DNA of 64,000 bases from Planctomycetota bacterium (lineage in GTDB: Bacteria; Planctomycetota; SZUA-567; H5-PLA8), in NCBI GenBank assembly GCA_045863855.1, contig BTVV01000002.1, positions 1 through 64,000 on the forward strand, read 5' to 3'. The translations under genes were made by a program, and so were the position numbers. The stretch's first letter is position 1. Every line of letters begins with the position of its first letter. Positions 18,237 through 28,174 of the stretch are shown piece by piece. Under the pieces are notes generated by a model. It worked only from the letters and a program-made list of their open reading frames with translations, searched no databases and was not told the DNA's origin.

Positions 18237-20693
18237 ATGCATTTCATGTTCCGATCGCATGTTTTCAGTCTACTGGTCTTGATTTTGATTTTCATGAATA
18301 GGAGTATGGCGCAGGAGCAAACACCATCCCCCAAGGCCGATGTGGAAAAGAGCAAAGAAGAGTTGCTACAAGAAATCAACAAGCTTCGCGGGCAGCTTAC
18401 GGTCGAGCAGCAAAAGCGGATGGAAGCTGAGTCTAAATCTCAGATCGGGACGCCGACCGGCGATGGGACGACGAAGGTGACGCAAGAAGAAGAAGGTGCG
18501 GCGGGTTCGGGCGAGCCGCCGACGTACGCGGTGACGGTGGTGGGCTCGAAGTCGCGCGCGCGCCAGATGGCCGGTTCGGCGGCGTACGTCGATGAGGAAG
18601 ACCTTCGGACGCAGTCGTACGACGACGTGAACCGCGCGCTGCGTCGAGTGCCGGGCGTGTACCTGCGGGAAGAGGACGGCTACGGGCTCTTTCCGAACAT
18701 CAGCCTGCGCGGCGTGGATACGGGTCGCAGCGCCAAGGTGACGATCATGGAGGACGGTGTGCTGATGGCTCCCGCTCCGTACTCGGCGCCGCCGGCCTAT
18801 TATTCGCCCACGACGGGCCGCATGAGCGGCATCGAAGTGCTGAAGGGCAGCAGCCAGATCCGCTACGGCCCGCATACCTCGGGCGGCGTGATTAACTATC
18901 TGGCGACGCCGATCCCCGGCAAGTTCACCGCGTTTTCGCGGACGCTGTACGGTAGCGACCAGGAAATCCGCACGCACAACTACTTCGGAGACACGGTCGA
19001 TACCTCGATGGCCAAGATCGGCTACCTGGCCGAAGCGTACGTCCGCCGGACCGACGGCTTCAAGAAGATCGACGAAACCGAGGACTTCCGCGACGGCAAC
19101 GAGACGGGCTTTACGAATATCGAGCCAATGGTGCGCCTTTCGGTGGAGCCCAAGACGCCTTTCTACAACCGGCTGGAGCTTAAGTTCGGGTACACCGACC
19201 GGGACGCCGACGAGACGTACTTGGGCCTGACCGAAGGCGATTTCGACGCGAACCCCAACCGGCGCTACGCGGCCACTCGCTTCGACAACATCGCCACCGA
19301 ACAGTACCGCGGCTTCCTGCGTTACTACGTCGAGCCGTTCGAAAACTTCAACATGACGACGACGGTGTACGCCAATAACTTCCGGCGCAACTGGTCGAAG
19401 TTGAACGACGTGGCGCTGGCGGCGGGCGGCTTTGGGAACCTCTCGGTGGCGCTGGCCGAAGAAGGCCCGCTGCTGGACGTGCTGAAAGGCGACCTGGCCG
19501 GTCGGCTGCGCGTGCGCGACAACAACCGCGCGTATCACAGCGAAGGCGTGGACCACACGATGAACTACAAGTTCGGCGACGGCGAGGTCGAGAACGACCT
19601 GACCGTTGGCGTGCGCTTCCACCGCGATATCGAACGGCGCTTCCAGCACAACACCGTCTATACCCAGGATGACGACGGGATCGTCACCGACCGCGTCCGC
19701 GGCGCTCCGGGCAGCCAGGAAAACCGGCGCGAAGAGACCGAGGCTATGGCGTTCTTCTTCGAGGACGCGATCAAGCTGTGGGACAAGCTGACGATCACCC
19801 CCGGCTTCCGCTATGAGCATCTCTGGCTGGACTCGCGCAACTACCTTAACGGCGGGCGCGGCGAGGATGCGATGGATCTGTTGGGCGGCGGCCTCTCGGT
19901 GGCCTACGAGTTCACACCCGAGATCTCCGTCTTCGGCGGCACGCACTTCGGTTTCAGCCCGCCCGGCCCGTCGGCGGCGATCAACGAGGGCCTGGACGCC
20001 GAGACGAGCTGGGGCCAGGAACTGGGCGTGCGCTACGCGCATCGCGACGGTTGGCTGAATGTCGAAGCGATCGGCTTCAACACCGATTTCTACGATCTGG
20101 TCGTGGCGCAAAGCATCGGCGGCAGCGGCACCGGCGAGACCTTTAGCGGCGGGCGCGTACGCAGCACGGGCCTGGAATTCCAAATTCAGGCCGATCCGGG
20201 CGTGGCGCTGGACTGGGGCTTCCGCAATCCGTGGTACGCCTCGTTTACCTACACGCACAGCGTACTGCTAAGCGACGACGCTTCAGGCGACGCGGAATCG
20301 CTTTTCGCGGGCGGCGAGAAGGGTAACCGGGTGCCGTACGTGCCCGAGTACGCGGTGGGCTTCGGGACGGCCTTCGAATTCGACAACGTCTTCGACTACT
20401 TCAAGCAGATCTCGGTCAACTTCGACGGGCATTACGTATCGGAGTCGTTCACGACGGCCAACAACGTGGACGAGCAGGTCAGCTCGACGGGCACCGCGGA
20501 TTCGCGCTTCGGGGCCACCGATTCGTACGTCACGATCGATACGGCGCTGCACCTTCAGTTTAACCGCCACTTCAAGCTGTTCGGCGGTGCACAGAACCTC
20601 TTCGACCGCGAGTACGTCGCCTCGCGGCATCCGCACGGACCGCGTCCAGGCCAGCCGCGCTTCGTGTACATCGGGGTGGAATTGCGCTGGTAA
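18237..20693 (+). CDS. TonB-dependent receptor, FecA-like (probably iron uptake)
   Basis: Signal peptide; plug motifs 'LRRVPGVYLREEDGYGLFPNISLRG', 'IEVLKGSSQIRYGP..GGVINY'; C-terminal 'NLFDREY...PRFVYIGVELRW'; alternative start 18198. Confidence 0.92.
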   Translation: MHFMFRSHVFSLLVLILIFMNRSMAQEQTPSPKADVEKSKEELLQEINKLRGQLTVEQQKRMEAESKSQIGTPTGDGTTKVTQEEEGAAGSGEPPTYAVTVVGSKSRARQMAGSAAYVDEEDLRTQSYDDVNRALRRVPGVYLREEDGYGLFPNISLRGVDTGRSAKVTIMEDGVLMAPAPYSAPPAYYSPTTGRMSGIEVLKGSSQIRYGPHTSGGVINYLATPIPGKFTAFSRTLYGSDQEIRTHNYFGDTVDTSMAKIGYLAEAYVRRTDGFKKIDETEDFRDGNETGFTNIEPMVRLSVEPKTPFYNRLELKFGYTDRDADETYLGLTEGDFDANPNRRYAATRFDNIATEQYRGFLRYYVEPFENFNMTTTVYANNFRRNWSKLNDVALAAGGFGNLSVALAEEGPLLDVLKGDLAGRLRVRDNNRAYHSEGVDHTMNYKFGDGEVENDLTVGVRFHRDIERRFQHNTVYTQDDDGIVTDRVRGAPGSQENRREETEAMAFFFEDAIKLWDKLTITPGFRYEHLWLDSRNYLNGGRGEDAMDLLGGGLSVAYEFTPEISVFGGTHFGFSPPGPSAAINEGLDAETSWGQELGVRYAHRDGWLNVEAIGFNTDFYDLVVAQSIGGSGTGETFSGGRVRSTGLEFQIQADPGVALDWGFRNPWYASFTYTHSVLLSDDASGDAESLFAGGEKGNRVPYVPEYAVGFGTAFEFDNVFDYFKQISVNFDGHYVSESFTTANNVDEQVSSTGTADSRFGATDSYVTIDTALHLQFNRHFKLFGGAQNLFDREYVASRHPHGPRPGQPRFVYIGVELRW

Positions 20694-20723
20694 GCGGACG
20701 TACCGGGAGCCGGCTCCTGGATC

Positions 20724-21590
20724 GTGCGCCTAAGCATGTACGAGCAGAGGGACGTACCCGTGGCCGTAGGAGCGGAACTCGGGATGAGCAGCGAGGCGGT
20801 CGAAGCGTCCGCGGGACAGCCGACGACGGCTCCCCGCGCACCCGCACGCCCGGCGCGTACCGAGCGCGCCGCGGTGAAGAACTCGCGTAGCCGCACGTGG
20901 CTCCTTTCGCTGCTCGTGCACGCGGTTCTTTTTTCGGCGTTGGTTTCCATCGTACCCGTGCTGGTTCGTAAGATCGATCCGCACGTGAACCGCCCGCTGG
21001 AGCTTGTCGCGCCAGTCGAGAGCCCGCAGGACCGCGCGATTCCCGAACTGAATCCCAGCGATCTTCCGCCGGCGGATGCGCCTCAGGTAACCATCGAGTT
21101 CTCCGAGGCGCCGGAGGTGGTGGAGGAGTTCGTCGCGCCGGCCGAATCCGCGGATGCGACGGAGGCAACGGCGGAACTTGCGGCGCTGGCTCATCTGGGT
21201 GCGGGGCATCCGTTGGCCCTACGGCCGCGCAAGCGCAGCGCCCAGCCGCAACCGGAAGCGCGGCCGGGACCGACTCAGTCGTCGGCGCCGGTGCAGACGA
21301 AGCCCGTCGGCGGCGGTCCCACCGCGTGCGCTCAAGTGGTGGGCCAGATCGACCCCGACTATCCTCCGCACCTGCTGCAGCAGAATCGCACCGCCAAGGT
21401 GCTCCTTGAGATCGGCCTCGACCACGAAGGTCGGGTGCTGGAGGTTACGGTTCACTCCAAGGACGTGCACCACGATTTCGTGCGCGCCTCGGTAGCCGCC
21501 GCCAAGCGTGCGCGCTACCGTCCGGCGCTCGAAAACGGCAAACCGGTCCCTGGGACCATCCGGGTGCACGTGAATTTCCGGGTGCAATAG
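20724..21590 (+). CDS. tonB: Energy transducer TonB-family protein
   Basis: TM with SxxxH ('LSLLVHAVL'), Pro/Glu-rich linker, C-terminal 'PDYP...RYRPALENGKPV' TonB_C domain; start uncertain. Confidence 0.85.
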   Translation: MRLSMYEQRDVPVAVGAELGMSSEAVEASAGQPTTAPRAPARPARTERAAVKNSRSRTWLLSLLVHAVLFSALVSIVPVLVRKIDPHVNRPLELVAPVESPQDRAIPELNPSDLPPADAPQVTIEFSEAPEVVEEFVAPAESADATEATAELAALAHLGAGHPLALRPRKRSAQPQPEARPGPTQSSAPVQTKPVGGGPTACAQVVGQIDPDYPPHLLQQNRTAKVLLEIGLDHEGRVLEVTVHSKDVHHDFVRASVAAAKRARYRPALENGKPVPGTIRVHVNFRVQ

Positions 21591-21818
21591 GAGGCGCGGG
21601 TAGGCGACGTTGACTAACAAACGTTTACTTTAAGTTGCTATGTACGTTGAGTTTACGTTTATACTTCAATCGGAAATGTCCACTCCTAGGTCCCCATCTT
21701 AAAGCGCCAGTTAACGCGCTCTAACTCGGCCTCGACTTTCGCGATTCCCTTGACGTTACGCCTTCCAGGCGCGAGGTTTAACTCCAGCCGATCGTTTTTC
21801 GCATCCGGAGGAACCCGC

Positions 21819-24377
21819 ATGTTCGACCGAGCCATGGTGGAACGCTTTTACAAATTGCTTCCTGAGCGCGTTGCGCGCGTGCGCAAGAAGCTCGCTCGAC
21901 CGCTGACCCAAGCCGAAAAGATTCTCTACAGCCACCTCGACGACATCGAGGGCCAGGAACTGGTCCGGGGGCAGAGCTTCCTGATGCTGCGCCCCGACCG
22001 CGTGGCGATGCAGGACGCAACGGCGCAGATGGCGATCTTGCAATTCATCAGCTCGGGCCGGCAGCGCGCGGCGGTGCCTTCGACGGTCCATTGCGACCAC
22101 CTGATCACGGCGCGCAAGGGCGTCGGGCCGGACATGGACGTGGCGATGAAGGAAAACGCGGAGGTTTTCCGCTTCCTGAGCGATTCGTCGCGGCGCTACG
22201 GGCTGGGCTTCTGGAAACCCGGCGCGGGGATCATTCACCAGGTGGTGCTGGAGAACTACGCGTTCCCCGGCGGATTGATGATCGGGACCGACAGCCATAC
22301 GCCCAACGCGGGCGGCATGGGTATGGCGGCGATCGGCGTCGGCGGCGCGGACGCGGTGGACGTGATGGTCGGGATGCCTTGGGAGTTGCTCTGCCCGAAG
22401 CTCGTTGGCGTCAAGCTCACCGGCGCGCTCAACGGCTGGACCAGCGCGAAGGACGTGATCCTGAAGATGCTGGAGATGCTCACCTGCGCCGGCGGCACGA
22501 ACAAGATCGTCGAGTACTTCGGCCCCGGCGTCGAAAGCATTTCGCTGACCGGGCGCGCGACGATCACCAACATGGGCGCCGAACTGGGCGCGACGACCAG
22601 CATCTTCCCGGCCGATATCCGCACGGCGGCCTACCTGCGCGCCACGCGCCGCGGGCTCGTTGCCGACTGGTCGATGCAGCACATCCACGAACTGAACGCC
22701 GACCAGCCCGTCCACGCCGAGCCGGACGCGTTCTACGACGAGTACTACGAGATCGACCTCAACAAGCTCGGGCCGATGCTGGTCGGGCCGCACAGTCCCG
22801 ATCTGGCTCACGACGCCGAGGGGATCAAGCACAGCATCCTTAAGGAAGGGTATCCGGACGACCTGACCGTCTGCCTGATCGGCTCGTGCACGAACAGTTC
22901 GTACGAGGACATCGGGCGCGCGGCGCACGTCGCCAAGCAGGCGGTCTCGAAGGGGCTCAAGGCCAAGACGCCGCTGCTGGTCACGCCGGGCAGCGACCAG
23001 GTCTATGCGACGCTGGAACGCGACGGGCACTTGCAGACGCTGCGCGAACTGGGCGCGTCGATCCTTGCCAACGCCTGCGGCCCGTGCATCGGGCAGTGGA
23101 AGCGCGAGGATCTTTCGGCCGAGGACCTCAACACCGGCAAGCCGAACTCGATCGTGACGAGCTTCAACCGCAATTTCCGCGGGCGCAACGACGGGAACAA
23201 GGGCACGCTGGCGTTCATCGGTTCGCCCGAGCTGGTCGTGGCCAAGGCGGTGAGCGGTAAGCTGAGTTTCAATCCGATCACCGATTCGGTGCCCGGACCC
23301 AACGGTTCGGTGGTGAAGCTCGAAGCGCCGGTGGCGCCGGACCTGCCCGAACGCGGCTACGTCTTCGACGACCACGGCTACCAGCCTCCCGCCGATGCCG
23401 GCAAAGCGGCCGATGTAAGCGTGGATCCGAAGAGCGAACGGCTGCAGTTGCTGGAGCCGTTCGAGCCCTGGGACGGGAAGGACTTGGCCGGGCTGCGCGT
23501 GCTGATGAAGGCGAAAGGCAAGTGCACGACCGACCACATCAGCGCCGCCGGCAAGTGGCTGCGCTTCCGCGGGCATCTCGACAACATCTCGGACAACCTG
23601 TTCATCGGCGCGATCAACGCCTTCAGCGGCGAGACGGGCGGCGGACGCAACCTGCGCAGCGGCGAGACCGGCGTGCCGTATCCGAAGATCGCGCGCGACT
23701 ACAAGGCGCACGGGATCGGCTGGGTGGCCGTGGGCGACCACAACTACGGCGAGGGCTCCAGCCGCGAGCATGCGGCGCTGGAACCGCGCTTCCTGGGCGG
23801 CCGCGCCGTGCTGGTGCGCAGCTTCGCGCGCATCCACGAAACGAATCTCAAGAAGCAGGGCATGCTGGCGCTCACCTTCGCCGACCCGGCCGATTACGAT
23901 AAGATCCGCGAAGACGATACGCTCGATATCGTCGGCTTGGCCGGCTTCGCGCCGGGCCAGCCGCTGACCGTGCGCATCCGGCACGCCGACGGGAGCAGCG
24001 AGGAGATCAAGGCGAACCACACGTACAACGCGGAGCAGATCAACTGGTTCAAGGCCGGCAGTGCGTTGAATCTGATCAAGGCGAGCCTCGCGAAGGAACA
24101 GGCCGCTGCGCCGAAGGCCGTAGCGGCGGCCAAGCCGAAGCCCGTAGCCAAGCCCGTGCCGAAAGCGGCGCCCAAGGCGAAGGTTAAGGTAAAAGCGAAG
24201 CCGAAAAAGAAAGCGGCTCCGAAAACCGCGAAGAAAAAGAAAGCCGTGAAGAAGCCGAAGCGCGCGGCCAAGAAGCCGGTGCGAGCGGCCAAGAAAGCCA
24301 AGCCGGCCGCCAAAAAGAAGCCGGCCCAGAAAAAAGCGGCGAAGAAGAAGCCCGCCAAGAAGAGCAAGCGGAAGTAA
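21819..24377 (+). CDS. acnA: Aconitate hydratase (mitochondrial-type) with Lys/Ala/Pro-rich C-terminal tail
   Basis: '[14 protein letters not shown]', 'HCDH', 'GTDSHT', '[11 protein letters not shown]', 'ACGPCIGQW', '[12 protein letters not shown]'; GGAGGA RBS before ATG 21819. Confidence 0.95.
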   Translation: MFDRAMVERFYKLLPERVARVRKKLARPLTQAEKILYSHLDDIEGQELVRGQSFLMLRPDRVAMQDATAQMAILQFISSGRQRAAVPSTVHCDHLITARKGVGPDMDVAMKENAEVFRFLSDSSRRYGLGFWKPGAGIIHQVVLENYAFPGGLMIGTDSHTPNAGGMGMAAIGVGGADAVDVMVGMPWELLCPKLVGVKLTGALNGWTSAKDVILKMLEMLTCAGGTNKIVEYFGPGVESISLTGRATITNMGAELGATTSIFPADIRTAAYLRATRRGLVADWSMQHIHELNADQPVHAEPDAFYDEYYEIDLNKLGPMLVGPHSPDLAHDAEGIKHSILKEGYPDDLTVCLIGSCTNSSYEDIGRAAHVAKQAVSKGLKAKTPLLVTPGSDQVYATLERDGHLQTLRELGASILANACGPCIGQWKREDLSAEDLNTGKPNSIVTSFNRNFRGRNDGNKGTLAFIGSPELVVAKAVSGKLSFNPITDSVPGPNGSVVKLEAPVAPDLPERGYVFDDHGYQPPADAGKAADVSVDPKSERLQLLEPFEPWDGKDLAGLRVLMKAKGKCTTDHISAAGKWLRFRGHLDNISDNLFIGAINAFSGETGGGRNLRSGETGVPYPKIARDYKAHGIGWVAVGDHNYGEGSSREHAALEPRFLGGRAVLVRSFARIHETNLKKQGMLALTFADPADYDKIREDDTLDIVGLAGFAPGQPLTVRIRHADGSSEEIKANHTYNAEQINWFKAGSALNLIKASLAKEQAAAPKAVAAAKPKPVAKPVPKAAPKAKVKVKAKPKKKAAPKTAKKKKAVKKPKRAAKKPVRAAKKAKPAAKKKPAQKKAAKKKPAKKSKRK

Positions 24378-24397
24378 CCGCGAAAGGCGGCGCGCGC

Positions 24398-24883
24398 ATG
24401 CCGGAGCAGGATCCGTTCGTGCGCGCGTACCGGGAAACCGACGCCGAAGCCATCGCGCGGTTGTATCGAGAGACCGTCCGCACGATCAACGCGCGGGATT
24501 ACTCGGCCGCGCAAATCGCGGCGTGGGCGCGCCCCGACCAGGATGCCGCGTGGTGGCGGGAGCGGCTGGCGCGCTATCCGGCGGTCTTCGTCGCCGAGTG
24601 GCATGGCGAGATCGCGGGCTTCGCCGAGACCGAAGACTCGGGGCACGTCGATTGTCTGTACGTGCACCATCGGCATCAAGGAGTTGGAATCGGTTCGGCG
24701 ATGCTGGCGGCCATCGAATTGCGCGCGCGAAGCCGCGGCATCCGGCGGCTCTTCGCCGACGTGAGCATCACCGCGCATCCTTTCTTTCGGGCCAAGGGCT
24801 TCACGGTGCTGCGCAAGACGGCGTCGCCGCACCACGGCGAGCGCTTCGAGCTGTACCAGATGGAGAAGCATCTCGAACCTTGA
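24398..24883 (+). CDS. GNAT-family N-acetyltransferase
   Basis: 'LYVHHRHQGVGIGSAM' motif A; 'SITAHPFFRAKGF'. Confidence 0.9.
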   Translation: MPEQDPFVRAYRETDAEAIARLYRETVRTINARDYSAAQIAAWARPDQDAAWWRERLARYPAVFVAEWHGEIAGFAETEDSGHVDCLYVHHRHQGVGIGSAMLAAIELRARSRGIRRLFADVSITAHPFFRAKGFTVLRKTASPHHGERFELYQMEKHLEP

Positions 24884-24921
24884 GCGATTAGAATTGCAGG
24901 GTCGGGCACCGGAGCCTCGCC

Positions 24922-25515
24922 ATGGCCAACGAACTTCACGACTTCGACAAAGCGTACGAGAAAGGCCGCACGCCCTGGGACAGCGGCGTGCCGTGCCAGG
25001 AACTGGTTCGCGTCGTCAACGCGGGGCATCTGCCGGGGCGCAAGCTGCTGGAACTGGGCTGCGGCACCGGGACCAACGCGGTCGAGTTAGCGCGCCGCGG
25101 CTACATGGTGACGGCGGCCGATTTCGTGCCGAAGGCCGTCGAACGCGCCCGGCGCAAAGCCGAGGAAGCCCGCGTCGAGATCGATTTCCGCGTCGCCGAC
25201 GTGATCAAGGACGACCTGGGCGGTCCGTTCGACGTGATCTTCGACCGCGGCGTGTACCACCACATCCGGCGCGTGGACCTGGCGGCGTTTCTCGAACGCC
25301 TCTCCGCGGCGTCGCGCAAAGGCACGCGCTGGCTCACGCTGGCCGGGCACGCCGGCGAAGTGCACCAGCCCGGGCCGCCCACGGTCAGCGAAGCCGAATT
25401 CCGCGCCGAACTGGGCACGCTCTTCCAGTTCATCGAGATCCGTGAGTTCCGCTTCGGCACCGACTCCGACGACTTCCGTCCGCTCGCGTGGTCGATACTG
25501 ATGGAACGCAAGTAG
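24922..25515 (+). CDS. Class I SAM-dependent methyltransferase (TPMT-like)
   Basis: 'TPWDSG', 'LELGCGTG', 'FDVIFDRGVYH'. Confidence 0.9.
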   Translation: MANELHDFDKAYEKGRTPWDSGVPCQELVRVVNAGHLPGRKLLELGCGTGTNAVELARRGYMVTAADFVPKAVERARRKAEEARVEIDFRVADVIKDDLGGPFDVIFDRGVYHHIRRVDLAAFLERLSAASRKGTRWLTLAGHAGEVHQPGPPTVSEAEFRAELGTLFQFIEIREFRFGTDSDDFRPLAWSILMERK

Positions 25516-25517
25516 CC

Positions 25518-26009
25518 ATGCGCGCCGCCATCGCCTTCGCGCTTTCCGACGACCCCGAGGCCGAACGCCGCGTCCTCGTGCGCCTCGGCGAATTGCTCGA
25601 ACTGCTCAACATGGACAAGGAAGAGCAGGCCATCGACCCGGACACGTACACCGGGAACCCCGCCGATTACCCCGACTGGCTCCGCCGCAGCTTCGGCAAC
25701 AAGCGGCTGGTCGAAGAATGGCGGGACTTGCTGGAACTGGAACCCGAGGACGTGGCCGGCTGGGATTTCGAAAGCTGGTACGACGACCTGATGCAGTGCC
25801 TCAGCCATCATTTCGAGTTGGAACAGAGCGACGAGCCCGGGCGCTGGGCGCTGACCTTCGAGGTCGACGAGAAGCATTACGGCGGCGACATGTCGCACGC
25901 TTGGCTTTTGCTGGCCGCGGGCGGGTCGGCGCTGGAGTGCAAAGACATCGTGGACGCGGCCACCAGCAATCCGTTGGGCACCTCCGAAGAGCCTCCTCAG
26001 CAGTCCTAG
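25518..26009 (+). CDS. Acidic hypothetical protein
   Basis: ATG 2 bp after the methyltransferase stop; codon usage like neighbours; no recognised motif. Confidence 0.6.
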   Translation: MRAAIAFALSDDPEAERRVLVRLGELLELLNMDKEEQAIDPDTYTGNPADYPDWLRRSFGNKRLVEEWRDLLELEPEDVAGWDFESWYDDLMQCLSHHFELEQSDEPGRWALTFEVDEKHYGGDMSHAWLLLAAGGSALECKDIVDAATSNPLGTSEEPPQQS

Positions 26010-26141
26010 GGCATCTTGCAACCTATTGATATGGAACCACTTGCGTGCCTGCGCACAGGTGGGTCATTTCCTCGCATTTGGCGCGCAACACATCCCCTGG
26101 GACGGCAGTCTAACTCGCAGACCTCTTAAGGAGCGAAGCCG

Positions 26142-26774
26142 ATGGCCCTCGAACGCAAGCCCGCCGAACCAAACGAAGATCCGGGGTATCCGGAAGCCGA
26201 AGAGTACGCTTCCGATCGGCGCGCTTTCTTGTGGATGATCGGCGGGGCGACGGTGGCCGGGTTGGGCGTGTTGGCGCTGAGCCAATCCCGAGCGCAGCCG
26301 ATCACGCCTTCGCGAGGCGGGGTGGTGCCGGGTTCGGTCACCACGACTCCGGTGCCGACCGCTCAACCGCAAGCGATGCCGCTGGGCGAAGCGCCCGCGC
26401 AGCCGATGGCGCAACCGCAGGGCGATGTGGCCGTCGCGCAGCCTCCGGCGCAACCGCAAGCCTTTACGCGCGGCGAGGCGGCCGTGGAAACGCTTCCCCC
26501 CGCGCAGCCGCAGGCGAACTTCAAAGGTGACGGCCCCGTCGTTCAGCCGCAAGCGGCGGTGCCGGGCGAAGCTCCTGCCGCGGCTCCGGTCATTCATTCC
26601 AAAGGCGCACCGCCCGCCACAAGTACCGTCGAGCCGCGTGCGGCCGTTCCCGGCGGTATCCGGCCCGCACAGCCGCCTGCGCAGCCGCAGGCGCAGTTCA
26701 GAGGCAAGGTCGCCGCGCCTCAGCACGAACAGCCTAAACCCGTCAAGCCGCCGCAGCCCGAAGGCGATTTCTAA
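26142..26774 (+). CDS. Twin-arginine-signal, Pro/Gln-rich repetitive protein; candidate radical SAM substrate/precursor
   Basis: AAGGAG RBS; 'PGYPEAEEY' then SDRRAFL Tat motif and h-region; about ten xxG[EDGK]xx motifs separated by (P)AQPQA spacers. Confidence 0.8.
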   Translation: MALERKPAEPNEDPGYPEAEEYASDRRAFLWMIGGATVAGLGVLALSQSRAQPITPSRGGVVPGSVTTTPVPTAQPQAMPLGEAPAQPMAQPQGDVAVAQPPAQPQAFTRGEAAVETLPPAQPQANFKGDGPVVQPQAAVPGEAPAAAPVIHSKGAPPATSTVEPRAAVPGGIRPAQPPAQPQAQFRGKVAAPQHEQPKPVKPPQPEGDF

Positions 26775-26803
26775 ACCTCGAATCCGCCCCGGAGCGCGCG
26801 CCC

Positions 26804-27964
26804 ATGGAACTGACCCTGGTCCTGACTCACGCCTGCAACCTCGGCTGCCCGTATTGCTACGCGGGCCGGAAGTTCGGGAAGCGCATGCCCAAGGAACTGG
26901 GCGAACGCGCGCTCGATCAGGCTTTCGCGAAGCTGCAGCCCGGCGAAGAGATTCAGGTCGGCTACTTCGGCGGCGAGCCGCTGCTGGCGTGGGACCTGCT
27001 CCAGCACTTTCATCTCTACGCCGAAGGTTTGGCGCGCGCGAAGCACGTGAAGCTGATCGGGACCGCCACCACCAACGCGACGCTCTTGACCGAAGAGCGC
27101 ATGGATTGGATGGCCGCGCACGGCGTCGTGATCGCGGTGAGCCTGGACGGCATCAAGGCCAGCCACGATACGACGCGCCCGTTCGTGAACGGGCGCAGCA
27201 GCCACGAGGACGCGCTGCGCGGGCTGAAGATCGCGCTGGAGCGCGCGCCGCTCACTGAAGTGATCTGCGTGGTCGATCCGGAAAACGTGGCGCATATGAG
27301 CGCCAACCTGCGCTTCATCCTCGACCAGGGCGTCCGCGTCGTGGGCCTCTCGCTGAATTATTCGGGCAAGTGGAACGAGGAAAGCCTCGCCGTCTACGAG
27401 CGCGAACTGGAGCGTGTCGGCGAAGAGTTCATCGGGCGCTTCCGCGCGGGGCAGGACATCTACGTGAGCGTGCTGGATTCGAAAATCGTCGGACGCTTGA
27501 AGGGCGGCCTGAAAGAGTGCGACCAGTGCAGCTTCGGCCTCGGCGAAGTGGCCGTCGCGCCGTCGGGAAACATGTATCCGTGCGAGCGCCTCGTGAGCGA
27601 CGACGCCGATCCGAAGTGGGTGATCGGGCACATCGATCAAGGCTACGATACGGTCAAGCTCGCCGGGATCCTGCGCCAAAAACACCACCAGGATCCGATC
27701 TGTTCGTCGTGCGCGATCAAAGACCGCTGCGTGAGCCACTGCGGCTGTTCGCGTTTCTTCAGCAGCGGCGATCTGGCCGATCCCGGTGCGCCATTGTGCC
27801 TGACCGAACAACTCAACGCCAAAGTCGCCGACCGCGTCGCCAAGACGCTCTTCTGGGAAGCGAACCCCGTCTTCATGCGCAAGTTTTACTGGGAGCGCGA
27901 TCTGGCAGGCGCGCTGGCCGAAGTGCGCGCGGAAAATGCCCCCGTCCTGGCGGCGCAAGGGTAG
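26804..27964 (+). CDS. Radical SAM protein with SPASM domain (anSME/peptide-maturase-like)
   Basis: CNLGCPYC (CxxxCxxC), FGGEPLL, SLDG; SPASM cysteines CSFG...YPC...CSSCAIKDRCVSHCGC...C. Confidence 0.93.
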   Translation: MELTLVLTHACNLGCPYCYAGRKFGKRMPKELGERALDQAFAKLQPGEEIQVGYFGGEPLLAWDLLQHFHLYAEGLARAKHVKLIGTATTNATLLTEERMDWMAAHGVVIAVSLDGIKASHDTTRPFVNGRSSHEDALRGLKIALERAPLTEVICVVDPENVAHMSANLRFILDQGVRVVGLSLNYSGKWNEESLAVYERELERVGEEFIGRFRAGQDIYVSVLDSKIVGRLKGGLKECDQCSFGLGEVAVAPSGNMYPCERLVSDDADPKWVIGHIDQGYDTVKLAGILRQKHHQDPICSSCAIKDRCVSHCGCSRFFSSGDLADPGAPLCLTEQLNAKVADRVAKTLFWEANPVFMRKFYWERDLAGALAEVRAENAPVLAAQG

Positions 27965-28174
27965 TCGCCGGCGGTCCTGACCACAATGGATCCGGTTCAC
28001 CCTCCAACCATTTTATTCTCCTACCTCGCATCAATTTCCCCATGCCGGGTCCGTATCGAATGACTTGGCGCCCTATTTCACACTTTGTGCAGGACCATAA
28101 TTCTGGAATGAGCGGCGTCCTGGGTCGTAAGATTCACTTGTGCCTTTACCGATCCCAAGGAGTCCTCTGCCTTG

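Noticed and set aside
18366..24020. Long minus-strand ORFs (18366-20258, 21756-24020)
   Set aside because: Antisense shadows of the TonB receptor and aconitase
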